Below, one piece after another: positions 35,701-47,725 of a stretch of 64,000 nucleotides of DNA. The stretch covers positions 34,410,001 through 34,474,000 of the forward strand of contig NC_088797.1 in the NCBI RefSeq assembly GCF_011386835.1, given 5' to 3'. Position 1 is the stretch's first letter; each line of letters opens with the position of its first letter. This DNA is from Chrysemys picta bellii. Taxonomy: Eukaryota. The notes below the pieces were generated by a model that saw only the letters and a program-made list of their open reading frames with translations, was not told the DNA's origin and ran no database searches. Made by a program: the position numbers and the translations under genes.

Positions 35701-36903
35701 GGGCAGATGCTGCTCACCCTCCTCAGTGCCCTTCGTTACTCTTAACCATGGGCTCTCACTCACTGACCTGGGAGGTGAGCTATGCAGGGTCCTGGCCCCA
35801 CAGCCCAAACACCTGGGCAGGAAGAGGGGCCTTGGAGTCACTACTAGGCAGGAGCTGGGACAGAGCCAGCCCATCTGGGAGGTGGCTGAGGTGAGGGCAG
35901 CTGGCTCCTGCCTGTCTCTGATGGAGCCACTCTGCCCCCAGCCCCTTCATCATGGATGAGTTCAAGCGGAAGTACTCCAACGAGGACACGCTGATGGTGG
36001 CACTACCCTACTTCTGGGAGCACTTTGACAAGGACGGCTGGTCCATTTGGTACTCGCAGTACCGCTTCCCTGAGGAGCTGAGCCAGACCTTCATGAGCTG
36101 CAACCTCATCACAGGTCAGAGCCCAGCTCCCCAAACAGTACCTGGGGCTGGTCTGGGTCACAGAGTTCCTGCTTGGAGTGGGGCATGGCAGTGACGGCTC
36201 TCCCACCTCTTCCCATTAGGCATGTTCCAGCGCCTGGACAAACTGCGGAAGAACGCTTTTTCCAGTGTCATCCTCTTCGGTACCAACAACGACAGCACCA
36301 TCTCCGGCATCTGGGTCTTCCGCGGCCAGGAGCTGGCCTTCCCGGTGAGCCTCTGCGCAGCCTGCGGGTGTGCAGGGAATCTGGGCATACCTACTAGGAG
36401 CGGGTACCAGTAGCTCTGTACTGCCAGGCTACAGGGTTGCTGTATCTCTGGAGCCTGCTGGCTACCTAGCCTGGGAACAAGTAAATGTTCCTGGTGCGAT
36501 GCAGCTTGGGGCAGCCAGCTAATGTTCTGGGGCAAAGGGGGGCAGCCTGCTCCTCTGGGCAGTCTGGCCATGCCCTACTGTGAAGCTGCCTAGTGACAAG
36601 AGCAGAGGGTTGTTCACGACTCCATCTGCAGTGCAGGGAAAAGGGAGGGACTATGCTCAGCTTGCCCTCTGGTGGCTGGGCCTGTTGGTGCAGTGCCTGG
36701 GATGTGGGGGAGGCCCCCTGCTGATCCCTCCCCTCTGTTCCCAGCTGAGCCCTGACTGGCAGGTGGATTACGAGTCCTATACCTGGAGGAAGCTGGATGC
36801 AGACAGTGAGGAGTGCAAGACGCTGGTCAAGGAGTATTTCACGTGGGAGGGCGAATTCAAACACGTCGGCAAAGCCTTCAACCAGGGAAAGATCTTCAAG
36901 TGA
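29712..36903 (+). CDS. EEF1G: Eukaryotic translation elongation factor 1 gamma, 10 exons, 432 aa
   Basis: Exons 29712-29726, 30907-31065, 31779-31842, 32316-32458, 33753-33896, 34195-34324, 34814-35000, 35942-36114, 36220-36344 and 36745-36903 (1299 nt, phase-consistent). GST-like N-terminus ([22 protein letters not shown]) and C-terminus ...AFNQGKIFK*. Confidence 0.98.
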
Positions 36904-37047
36904 GGGTGCTGCCTTCCTGCCAGCTGGGACAGCACAGACTGGCCAGTGAGGGACAGCAGCCTCTGGGCAGCAGCCAGTGGGAGCATGGGCTGCTGGGAAC
37001 TGTTCACCAGGGGCCAAACATCAGAAGCCTGGATCAGTGACATGAAA

Positions 37048-37053
37048 AATAAA
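37048..37053 (+). terminator. EEF1G polyadenylation signal
   Basis: AATAAA 145 nt after the stop codon. Confidence 0.75.
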
Positions 37054-38489
37054 AACCCCACATGCTGGTATCCTGGGGTCTGTCATTCCTGGGCAGGGGC
37101 TTGTGGGGCTGGCTGGGGGTGCAGGGACAGACACTATGGGTTTCCTGCTGGGGAGGACAGGAAATCTGTGCTGTCCCTAGCAAGGGTGCAGCTGCTGTGG
37201 GGCAGATCTGGACTCTTGCTGTGGGCTCGATGGGTGTCTTGGCTGGGGTATAGGGTGGAGGGGGAGAGCTGCTGTTGCTGGGTAGGGATGGGTGCCTCTG
37301 GCAGGGAGGCTGGTGTTTTGGCTTTGTCTCCATCTGGGCTGTCTGTAACAGGAAGATGCTTCTGTTGGTGGGGTGCTGTGGTACAGTCACCCCTGCCTGG
37401 AAAACTGGGAAGCATCAGTACTGGGGAGCTGTACCAGGTGGCTTGGTCCTCAAGGCGCTGCACAGGCTGCTTCTGCCCTGGCAGAGCTCTTTGTTCCAGA
37501 GGGACAGGGCATTGCACTTGCATGGAGCTGGCCGTGTGGGTCTCTGCTAGGGCTGCAATGGGAACCCAGGGCTGGCTGGCTCTGGCCTCTGCCTTTAACA
37601 GTGCCCAGCAAGCTGCTGTGCTTGGGGCCCATTCAACCTCCCCCTTGCCAGCAGCTGGGAAGGGCAAACAGGCGAGAGCTGTCCGCACAGCACAAAAGGA
37701 GTGCGGGGAGGTGGCCCTGGCTGCTGGGGCAGTGCCCACTGGAAGAATCATCTCTCTAATTGTTTAGAGAGGCTGAGTTGCCAGGCCCCAAATCAATATT
37801 TAAGCTGGGAGGCAGGGCGTAGGTCACTGCAAGCCTCTGCCCTAGCCTTGCCCTCACAGCCTACTGGTGATAAGCTTATCAGTGCCAGCGGGCAGGGCTG
37901 GGCCCTGCAGCCAGGTAGGTTACGGGCTTGGGTGTACCACAGGAAACAGGTCACAGCCGTCCTCATGAGTAGCTTGTTGGTAGGGTGTGGGGGGGAGCCT
38001 CACCCTGGAACCCATCAAACAACTTGCTAGGCTGTTCCCACCCCCTCTGAGTGGGCTGTTTTAGGCCTATGCCTAGCTCCCAGGCTGGTGTCTGCCTGAC
38101 CAACCAGCCTGCTCGCCACACCCCCTTTCTAGCCTGGGATTGTGCAACACTGGCTCAGCTAGTGCCCCACCCCTGGAAATACTACAGGGTGAGGAGCAAA
38201 TTCTGCTCCTTAACCTTCATGCGGCTGGCGTGGGTAGGGCTCCTAGGGGCTGTCAGCTCTCTTGTCTGTGTTGGTCAGTCACAACAGCTAGGCCCTGGGT
38301 GTCTTTCCCCTGCAGCTGCTCTCTGCAAGGGCCCTCCCCTCACCAGTGTGGCAGGGGCTGCCAGCTGGCTCCTAGGAGCCTTCCCTAGGGTTTTGCTCTA
38401 ACCAGCCCTGTTCCCTGTAGCTAAGCAGCCAGTATCCCCGTGCCTGGGCCTGCTCCTTCTGGGCCTCCCCGAGCTGGGAATCTCTAGCA

Positions 38490-38820
38490 GAGGGGTAGGC
38501 AACCTATTGCACGCATGCCAAAGGCAGCACGCAAGCTGATTTTCAGTGGCACTCAACACTGCCTGGGTCCTGGCTAGTGGTCTGGGGGGCTCTGCATTTT
38601 AATTTTAAATGAAGCTTCTTAAACATTTTTAAAAACCTTATTTACTTTACATACAACAATAGTTTAGACTTTATATAGTTATAACTATATAATATAGTTA
38701 TATTAGACTTTTAGAAAGAGACGTTCTAAAAACAAAATGTATTACTGGCACGCAAAACCTTAAATTAGAGTGAATAAATGAAGACTCGGCCCACCACTTC
38801 TGAAAGCTTTGCAACCCCTA
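38490..38820. mobile_element. hAT-type non-autonomous DNA transposon (MITE)
   Basis: Terminal inverted repeats AGGGGTAGGCAAC...TTGCAACCCCT with an AT-rich core. Flanking 8-bp target-site duplication CTCTAGCA / CCCTAGCA (7/8 match). Confidence 0.75.
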
Positions 38821-41800
38821 CCCTAGCAGTTGAGCCCCCCAGTGCAGGGCTCTGTTCCTAGGGAGCAGCCTGGAGTGCATGACTCATGCCCGGGTGCTCT
38901 GCCGGCTGCAGAGAAATGGCTTCTTCACCCCCCTGATACGAGCTTGTCCTGGCTGGCAATCAGTGTGACTGGGGATCCCTGGGCATGGAGGGAGGCAGGA
39001 GCTGGTCCTGCGTCACCCAGGACACACTGAACAGTGTCTGAACTAGGTGCACTTTGGAGTTTGAGCTTGGGCTGGGACCCCCAGGCATGTGCCTGCTCTC
39101 ATCATGACTGGGTGAAGCTCCAAGTTAGGTGGGGAAGAGTTCAAACTGCTGAAGGGCTGGTGAATAGCAGGGAGAGGGGGTGTCTGCTGTCTCACCATCT
39201 GCCCATTGAACTGAGGGTGGGGTCCCCCCATCTCTTCTCATGGTGTCCTGGTGTGTGGGCAGGAGCCCTCTGGGCTGGGTGTAGAGGGGCTGGTCTTGAG
39301 GGCTGGGACCCTGACTGCAGCTGCTAGCTAAGCTGCCCCACTTTCCCCCTGCTCTGCCTTGTTGACAGCTCTGGCACTGCACTACGTGCTGGTTGGAGCT
39401 GGCCGCGCTGTCTTCATGGACCGGCTGCTTCTCCGTCTCTTTTCGAGCTGCAGTTGTGGTGGGAGGCAGCACTGGGTTAATCGCATCCATCTGGCTCTTC
39501 GGGGGCCCTCAGGAAGCATGAGTCACTCTTGTATCCTGCTGCCCGGCTGCCGCGTTCCGTGCGGGTGTGGTTTGGCCACGCGAGGCTGTAGCTGTCCTGC
39601 CATCTGACAGCATGATGAGGGCTGGGCAGCAAGCTGCTGGTGCCAGCTGGGCTAGAAGTGGGAGCAGTGTGTGAGCCTCTTGTAGTGTCTGGGGCTGAAC
39701 TGCTGGGGGGGCTGTGATCTCACTGCTGGCTGCTAATGTAGCTTCCCCATTGGCTGCTGCAGGATCCCTTAGGAAAAGTCCCTGCCCTTCAGTGTTTGCC
39801 ATGGGGGGTGCCAGTGCCCGACCAGTGAGGCTGGAAGCTTGGGATGTGGGAGCAGGCCCCCGGGTAGAAGGGGAGTGGATGCTAAGGTACATGGTTGTGT
39901 TTAAATGGGGCGGGGTCACTGGCTCATGGCCCATTCAGTGGCTCAAGGCCATGGGGCAGGCACTGTGTCTGGTGTAAAGGGCCATCTGCCCTGTAGGTGC
40001 TGTCTGAATAACAGGCCTCTGCCCTCCTCCAGTGCTTCTGGATGAGCTGGCCTGGCCCTGCCCTGCCCCACCCTCTTTGTAAATTCCTCAGATCCTGCTG
40101 CAATCCTGCCTTCTTCCCTTTGTGCTTGTCTGAGACAAGAAAGGGCCCCTGCCCCAGCTCCCCTCCTCCCCTGACAAGTGTGTGAGAGGGGGAGAATGGA
40201 GGGACTTTCACACCAGCGAGCTGAGCGCTCAACCACTCAGCTCTGCAGCTGCTGCATAATGTGCATTGTCGCAGAGCATTGCTGGCTGGGCCCTTAGGGC
40301 AGCGTTCTATCACCATTCTGCCACTCTCCCCACCAAATGATCCAGGCAGCAGGGAGACCTGGGTTCTGCCCTGGCTCTGGGAGGGGAGTGGGATATGATG
40401 GGTTAGAGCAGGGTGGGGGGCTGGGGAGTCAGGATTGCTGGGATCTGTTCCCCTTTCTGAGCCTCAGTTTCCCCATCTGCAAAAAGAGCCCACAGAGCCT
40501 CCTTTGCAAAGCAGCGTGAGGTCTAGCGAGGGAGATGCCAAGAGCTTTTGTTGTACTGGAGCCAGAGACAAACAGTTCTAGAAGGTTTGGTGAAACTATT
40601 GGGTGGGGGGGAGAATCTGAGCACAAAATGAGAGGGATTTTTACTAGCCTTTTGTGCTTGGATAACGTAAAACAAAAAGTGTGTGTGTGTTGGGGGGAGG
40701 ATTTTTAAAGCTGCCTGCACCAGCTGTTACCCTGGGGCAGGCTGTTTTGTTTAAAAGCATGTTTCTAAAGAACCTTTGAAAAGTGTCTCCTGTGTGGTGG
40801 TGGCACATAAGTGTCTGCTAACTGTTTATCAGCACCATGCACGTATGGAGCATGTGTAGGGGAGCACACGTACCCAGACCACCACCAATGCTGCCCCAGC
40901 CCCCAGGGTGCCTGGAGGTGTCTCCCTCCCTCTGGGCAAGTGCAGGAGCAGAGCAGGGACCCACACAGCGCACTGCTCAGGGCATCCGGCTTTGCCTACT
41001 GTGCTGGGGATCAGAGGTCATTAAAGGCTTATGGGTGTAAATCCCCAGAGCGGCTTGCTACAACCAGACCTGCCAGCACCCTAGAGCCAAATAAATCTGC
41101 TATGGGGCTACCCCAGGGTGAAGTTCCAACCTCCTCCTGAGCTGGGGGCTGCTGTGACCTGCCAGACTTCATCAGAAAGGGGGTGGGGGGGTTTCTAGGC
41201 TAGTGTCCTGACTCCAGAGGGGAGAGGCCATGGGGCACGTTTCCTCACAAGCCCCAGTAGTTAGCCATTGGCTTGTGCTTGGAGCTTGTATGTGTGTTTA
41301 TTGCCTGTCTCTTCCCCCCCCCCCCCCCCTGTATTGTGTACATAATGTTCTTCACTAAAATACCAACGTTTGTCAGTGTCTTCCACCCGTTTCCTGAAAC
41401 CATCTCCTGGGCTCTAGCTGTCTCTGCCCTGGGGTTTTCCCTACTGGTGCAACTGCAATCCCCTCTCGCAGGCACTCTGCATTAACGCAATGCCTGATGT
41501 ATGCAGCATATAGCATGGTTGCCCCACTGCAGCTAGCAGCCCCATGGCTAAGCCCCCCGTGTAGACACGTTCTTCCGGCTGCTCTCTCAGCTCTCCCCAG
41601 ACACTACTGCCAGCAAATGCTGGCTTGCCACCAGCTGCTGTGGGGTGCCTATCTGGGCCATAGACAGTTATACAAAATGCCGTCTGCGTGCCAGAGGGCG
41701 GGAGCAGTGACGTGTGCCTTGCCACTCCTTGCGCTTGGCTGTGCGAAGCTGTGGCCCTGGCTGCTCAGTGTGTGAGTAGTTCCCTGCCTGCTGGGAATCA

Positions 41801-42660
41801 GCTTGTCAAACTTCACTGCACATCCTATAGCAAACAAGCTGCTTGTGTTTCTATAGGGTGTGGTGAGGGAAGGGTTAATGCCCTGTGCTGCCCCTTAGCA
41901 GTGTCTCCCCTGATCCTCTCCTCCTCCCCCCCCCCCTTGGGGGCACATTTCCTCCCAAACAAACTCCAATGCCTCAAGATGGCCACCAGATGTGGGGGAG
42001 CAGCTGCAGCCAAGGCTGGCGCCACTCCAAATTGCCCGTTCGCACATCTGGCTTGAGTTTTGTTCTTGCTAAATCCGCCCCACCCAAGCTCTCTGGGGTG
42101 GCTCTGTGTACTGACTCACGGCTCCCCTCTGCTTGCAGTCAGCTTCCAGCCCTCGAGAGGAAGCAAGCTGCAGCCGGGCAGCCCCAGCCCATTTCCATTT
42201 TAGCTTCTTACTGCCGCTTGCACAGGAAAGCATGATCGCTGCACCGCACAGCCAGGGCTACCCTGGCAGGAGGCCCCAAGTTGGAGGCAACCCCTACATC
42301 ACTGCTGCAGCTTGCAGAGGCCCCATGGGCTGGCCCTGCCAGTGAGCTCCCAGGGACTGACCCAGAGCTCTGGGGTAGGGGCGGCCAAAGTCTGGCCTGT
42401 GTTTTGAAGCTCAGGAATAGTCTGAGTGGAGGAAAAGCTTCCCCCATTCTTTGCTGTCCCCCTGCTCTTCCCCCACTTCTGCTGCCTCCACTCCCCCGAA
42501 GTCCACCTGCCCATTCACCCCAATGTACTGGAGTGGGGAAAGATATAATGGGAACAACCAATGTAGGGTGGGGAGTTATGTCCAGATGCAGAATGTATCA
42601 GATTTAATGTGGGGGACAGTTTATTGGGGGGGGGACAGATAAAATGGGGATACACTGTAT

Positions 42661-42879
42661 CAGTGGTTTTCAAACTTTTGTACTGGTGAACTCTTTCACA
42701 TAGCAAGCCTCTGAGTGTGACCCCCCTTATCAATTAAAAACACTTTTTAATATATTTAACACCCTTATAAATGCTAGAGGCCAAGCAGGGTTTGGGGTGG
42801 AGGCTGACAGCTCACGACCCCGCCGTGTAATAACCTCACAATCCCCTGAGGGGTCCTGACCCCAGTTTGAGAGCCCCTG
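42661..42879. mobile_element. hAT-type MITE
   Basis: TIRs CAGTGGTTTTCAAACT...AGTTTGAGAGCCCCTG. 8-bp TSD CACTGTAT / CACTATAT (7/8 match). Confidence 0.75.
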
Positions 42880-43000
42880 CACTATATTGAGGAGAAATAT
42901 AATGGGGAAACAGTATATCAGGCTGGGGACAGATATAATGGGAACACACCTGTGTGGGGCTGGGGGAGAGATTTAAGGGGGTACACAGTGTATGGCAGGG

Positions 43001-43167
43001 AGAACATAAGAATGGCCATACTGGGTCAGACCAAAGGTCCATCTAGCCCAGTATTCTGTCTTCTGACAGTGGCCAGTGCCAGGTGCCCCAAAGGGAATGA
43101 ATAGAACAGGTAATCATCAAGTGATCATCCCCTGCTGCCCATTCCCAGCTTCTGGCATGTTTTGGAG
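43001..43167 (-). mobile_element. CR1 LINE 3' end fragment
   Basis: 'agaacataagaatggccatactgggtcagaccaaaggtccatctagcccagtattctgtc' is the typical antisense CR1 terminus in turtles (from memory). Confidence 0.7.
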
Positions 43168-44389
43168 AGTGTGTTTTAATGGTGGCACATCATTGTGTTG
43201 GGATGTGGGAGCAGTATTATGGGGACACATCCCCTGGGGCCTGGCTAACTTGCTTGTTCAGTGTGCATTGTGTGTGCCACACTAATGGCAGGACCAAACC
43301 TGAGAGCAACAACCTACTATTGCCACCTGCTAATGGAGCGTCCCCCTTTAGCTGATGTACAGGCCCATGCTTTCAGCAATGAGGGTCCTGAGTTAAAGCC
43401 CTGCTGTGGATCAGGGAGGGGGGTACCTGTGCACTCGCTATGTTCCCTGTGGCAGGGGGAGGGATGACTGTTTGGGCCCGTGGGCAGTTCCTTGGAGTAA
43501 GGTTTCTCTCTTGGGAGTCAGGCAGGTTGGAACAGAGCAGCGCTGACGGGGGAGCTATCTAACACAGTGTCCCACAATGTGCAGAAGAAGGTGCAGGATA
43601 CCTATAGACCCAGGCTACCTGCTGTGGGATACCACACCCTGGGGATGTGGCTGCCCAACATCCATTAGTTAGGGGGCATCGGCATGTGCCCCAGTGGAAG
43701 CCCTTTATGGACGCTCCTATCTCAGTTTGGATTAGCACACCCAACCCACCGAAGTAAAGCTGATTTAAACTGAGATGAGAGCGTCCATGTGGCCTTTCCC
43801 ACCGCTTTAATGACAGGGGTTTAAATTCACACATGACATGTGGTTAAAGCAGCCTCCCAGGCAGGAGGGCCCAGATCCTGTGCTAGTCTAACTTTGGAGG
43901 AGGTGCTGGTGGGAGGAGGGCAGGGACAGTCCCACGGTGACTCCGGCTCCCTGCGCCTGGTTCCCACATGAGATTTTGGGTTGCTGTGCTGCATGCGGAA
44001 ACGCCAGGGCTGGGCCTGGAATGTGGACCTGGAATGTTATCTTGGTGAGCTGTTTTCCTTTTGCTCGGAGCTTGGGAGGAGCTAGCAGGCGATCCCAGAG
44101 CTGTCATCTTCCCTTCCCCCCCCCCCCCCCCCCGCCATTGATCTCTGGTCTGGAGCTACACAGGGCTGCCAGGCGAGGGCTTAGCAGAACGCTGCTCCTA
44201 GTAAACAAGGCTGTGCAGATTCTTGTGGGTGCTCCAGAGAACAGGCTGGACATGCACAATCCCAGGCCGACCCAGGGCTCGGAATGTGTGGGGTGCAGCA
44301 TGTGGGCCTAGGGAGGGGGCATTTGCAGGGGCCAGAGGCTTAGAAACAAGGTGTTTGTGCTGTTAGCTGGAGGAGTGTAGCAGCAGGGG

Positions 44390-44525
44390 TGTGGGTGTGT
44401 GCGCTGTAACTACAGCCCTGCCATGGCATTGGTGTGTGTGTGTGTGTGTGTAACTACAGCCCTGCCAATGCACTAGTGTGTGTGTGTGTATAACTACAGC
44501 CATGGCGTTGGGGTGTGTGTGTGAG
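44390..44525. repeat. Three copies of TAACTACAGCC(CTGCC)... separated by (TG)n microsatellite
   Basis: Directly visible tandem units at about 44408, 44451 and 44490. Confidence 0.75.
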
Positions 44526-46795
44526 CTCTTTGTAAGAATCCCTACTCTTCTGGTGCCTCTTTCATCTCAGGTCTCCCTGCACATCGGCTTCCTGAGACAG
44601 GCGGGGCAATGGTGGCAAGTGGAAGGAAGGGGCTTTGCCCAGGCCAGTGGGTGAGAGCGCAGAGCCAGCCCCTTTCCCTGTCTGCCTTCTATCCAGTGAC
44701 CTGCCTGATCCCCAGGTTGCCTGGGGAGCGGGATGCAGTCTGGCCCCTCACAGTGTGGAGCAGGTGTGATGGACCCTATGCGGGGCAGAGGTGTTTTCTG
44801 ACCAGTCTCTCTGCCCTGCATCCAGCCCAGCGTGGGAGGCAGGGCGAGAGCCAGGAGAGGCGGGAGAGTAACCCATGGTCCTAGGCCAAATTCCTGTTTG
44901 TTTACTGGCAGTGGGAAGAATGCAGGGAGGTTGATCAGCCCAGCCCAGCCAGAGCCCAGGGAGGGGAGAGGGAGGAACTGAAACAAAGTGTAAAATTACC
45001 AGCTACCAGCTTGGTTTGGCTGAGGTACCTGGGTGTGGAGGCCTCTCTGAGCTGACGGCTAAGGGGATGGTCTTGTGAGCTGGGCCCCAGCTCTTGTGTC
45101 AGGATCAGTCCCCAGCCGGGGGATGGGGACCATCTTGGCAGCTCAGCCCCGCCCTTCTCACTCACAAGCCAGGCTCTGAATAAGGCATTCCTCAGTGCAA
45201 AGATATTTCCCCTCTTGAGCTGGGACTCAGTATGGGTGGGGCAGGCTCCAGCTCACCTGGGAGGGACAGGGGGCATGGTGCACTCCGACCCCTCCTCTAG
45301 GGACAGGGGTGGCCTGGCCTGCAGGCTCCAGAATACAGGTCACAAAACACAGCCGCTGCCAGCTGCAGATCCTCATGGTGCCCCCCCCCCCACGCACCTG
45401 TCCTGGCCCATTCACTCTCTATCCTTGTTTTGGGGTGGCTGGAGACCCCTGCTCTGGGCTTTCGGCCCTGGCTGGCATGGGGCAGCCGGCAGCAGACGTG
45501 CTCTGCGCAGCGTGGCCAGGGGTGACTCACTACTATTGATTTCCATGGCACTCAGGGTCAGGGTGCCATTGTGCAGACATGGTACCAGGAGCTAAAGCCA
45601 GGTGCTACATGTGAGTGTAAGAGGGTGCAGGAGGGTAACATAGGGTTACAGAGACTAGCCATGTGCACCCCCTGCCTGGCCAGAGTCACCTGTCACCTTC
45701 TTGGGGGCATCGCTGAAGAATCACAGCTGGAGGAGCGATTCCAAGTGTATTAATATAACCTGTTGTAACAGGCATCCTGGGAGGACCTGGCTGGAGTGGT
45801 GCATTCTGCATCTGGGGTCTCCCCTCCAGCATGGTTGGTACGTCCTCCGTAGGATCCCCCTCCCAGTTGGGCCCTACATCCCTGGCTTGATGTCTCCTGC
45901 CTCCCTGGGTTCTGGGTTCCTTGCAGCTGGGCTGGGTCAGTCCCTGGCTTGGGAAGACCCACAACAGAGCTGGTACATCCCTGGCTTGTGGTCCGTCCCC
46001 GCCCCTGTCCAGTGCAGGATCCTGCTATCTCCCTGGCTTTGGCATTCCCCAGCTGGGCTGGTACTACCCGCATATGGCATCCCCCCCCTCACACACACAC
46101 ACAGGTAGGATCCTGCCTCCCCAGTGTTGTTCCCCCTGCACCAGTTTAATCAGGGACACCCCACCCCCATTTCCTGCCTGGAAGCCAGTGGGGGCTGCAG
46201 GGCTGGTAACCCAGACATGGCTCAGCGCGCTGGGGCCGGCTCATGGCCAAGCTGCTGGGTGGCAGATTGTCCTAGTGGTATCCCAGTGCCAGGGAGAAAC
46301 TCTGAACCTCATTGTCTGGGAGGAAATTGCGAAGCTCTCAGGAGCCATCTTGATCCTGCAGCCAGGGAGGCTGCTGCCAGGGGCAAGGCATCCCCAGCTC
46401 TGCCTAGAGCTCAGAGCTCTAGCAGGGAGCTGCCCCTTGTGACTCACCCCTGCCAAGTTGAAGGAAGAGCCTGTGCTCTGGCAGCAGAATGTGCCCTGAA
46501 CTCCCTCCCCTGCCTACCCAAGGTGGCTGCAAGCGAGAGGCAGGATTTGGTGGCCTGTATAGGGACACTCCCAATCCCCCCAGGGCAGAGCTAACATGGG
46601 GAGAGAATCCCACTCCCTGCCATGTCTGCTTCAGCACTGCCGGGGCTATGGGTGGGACTCTGGTGGAGTGTGGAACCCTGGGTACTTCCCACTGGGGTGA
46701 GTGTGGCGTGGCCACTGTGTGTCAGGGGGTGGGGAAGCAGTGCTGGTCTGTGGTGCCCTGGCTGCTTCCCGAGGGACCCCCAGCTAGGGCATGTG

Positions 46796-47051
46796 CAGGG
46801 CCGGCTCCAGGCACCATCAAAGGAAGCAGGTGCTTGTCGCGGCCAATGGAAAGGGGCGGCACTTCCGGGTGTTCGGCGACAATTCGGCGGCGGGTCCATT
46901 ACTCCCTTTTGGAACGAAGGACCCGCCGCCGAATTGCTGCAGAAGAATGAAGTGGTGCGGTAGAGCTGCCGCCGAAGTGCCGCCGATAGCGGCTTTATCT
47001 TTTTTTTTGGCTTCACTGCTTGGGGCGGCAAAAAAGCTGAAGCCGGCCCTA
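46796..47051. mobile_element. GC/CpG-rich hAT-type MITE
   Basis: TIRs CAGGGCCGGCT...AGCCGGCCCTA. 8-bp TSD GGCATGTG / GGGATGTG (7/8 match). Internal inverted segments aattcggcggcgggtcc / ggacccgccgccgaatt. Confidence 0.78.
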
Positions 47052-47454
47052 GGGATGTGATAGGCCCGTGGCCAGTGCCCTCCCCTGAGTTCTGGGCAAA
47101 GCCAGTGGCAGAGGCAGCAGAGAACAGAGCAGAGCTCACACCACCTCCCTGCTGCTCTCACCTGGCTGGGGAAGGTGCCTGATGGGGGCAGGTGCTGGCA
47201 GCACGTGGGACTGCAGGGCACAGCGCGTTCCCCAGAGCTGAGCTCTCCTCGCCCCTAGCGCTGCAGGGGGAAGCCAGGCAGGGAAACCTGACACTTCCAA
47301 GGCTGGGCTGGGCCACCCCGCTTGGGTTTTGCACACGGTCCCATTGGTGTCTGGCCCAGCTTTGATGTAGGTCACATTACATGTAAACAGGGGGCTTGGA
47401 TCCAGGCGGTGTGCCCAGGCCCATGGAGAAGGACCTGAGAACAAGAGGGAGTGA

Positions 47455-47725
47455 CTTGCAAGGCAGAGCTGCTGGGGGTTCTACACTGAATAGAGACCAG
47501 GGAGCTTCAGGGCAGAGCTGTCATGGGGGGGGGGGGGGGGCGGGAAGCAGGGGCGGGGGGAGAGCTGTATACTGAATAGAGACTGGGGAGCTCCAAGGCA
47601 GAGTTGGGGGGGGGATGAGGACTCTATTACTGAATATAGATGCGGGAGTGGGGAGGCTGCAGGGCAGAACTGTTGTGGGAGGGGCTCTATACTGCACAGA
47701 GACCAGGGCGGAGTTGTGGGAGGTG
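47455..47725. repeat. Degenerate G-rich minisatellite, about 55-70 bp units, 4-5 copies
   Basis: Recurring 'gcagag(c/t)tg..gggg...cta(c/t)actgaata(g/t)aga..gggag' units. Confidence 0.65.

Noticed and set aside
31066-36744. Intronic snoRNA in EEF1G (TOP genes often host them), including the 9-bp hairpin at 32705-32727 and an ANANNA/ACA-like arrangement near 31170-31370
   Set aside because: No convincing box C/D pair with terminal stem and no clear two-hairpin H/ACA fold by eye. An Infernal/Rfam scan would be needed, so it is not reported as a feature.
38132-38233. Exon-like segment encoding AWDCATLAQLVPHPWKYYRVRSKFCSLTFMRLAW
   Set aside because: Plausible splice sites but no recognisable homology and no partner exons. 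Expected by chance at this GC content.
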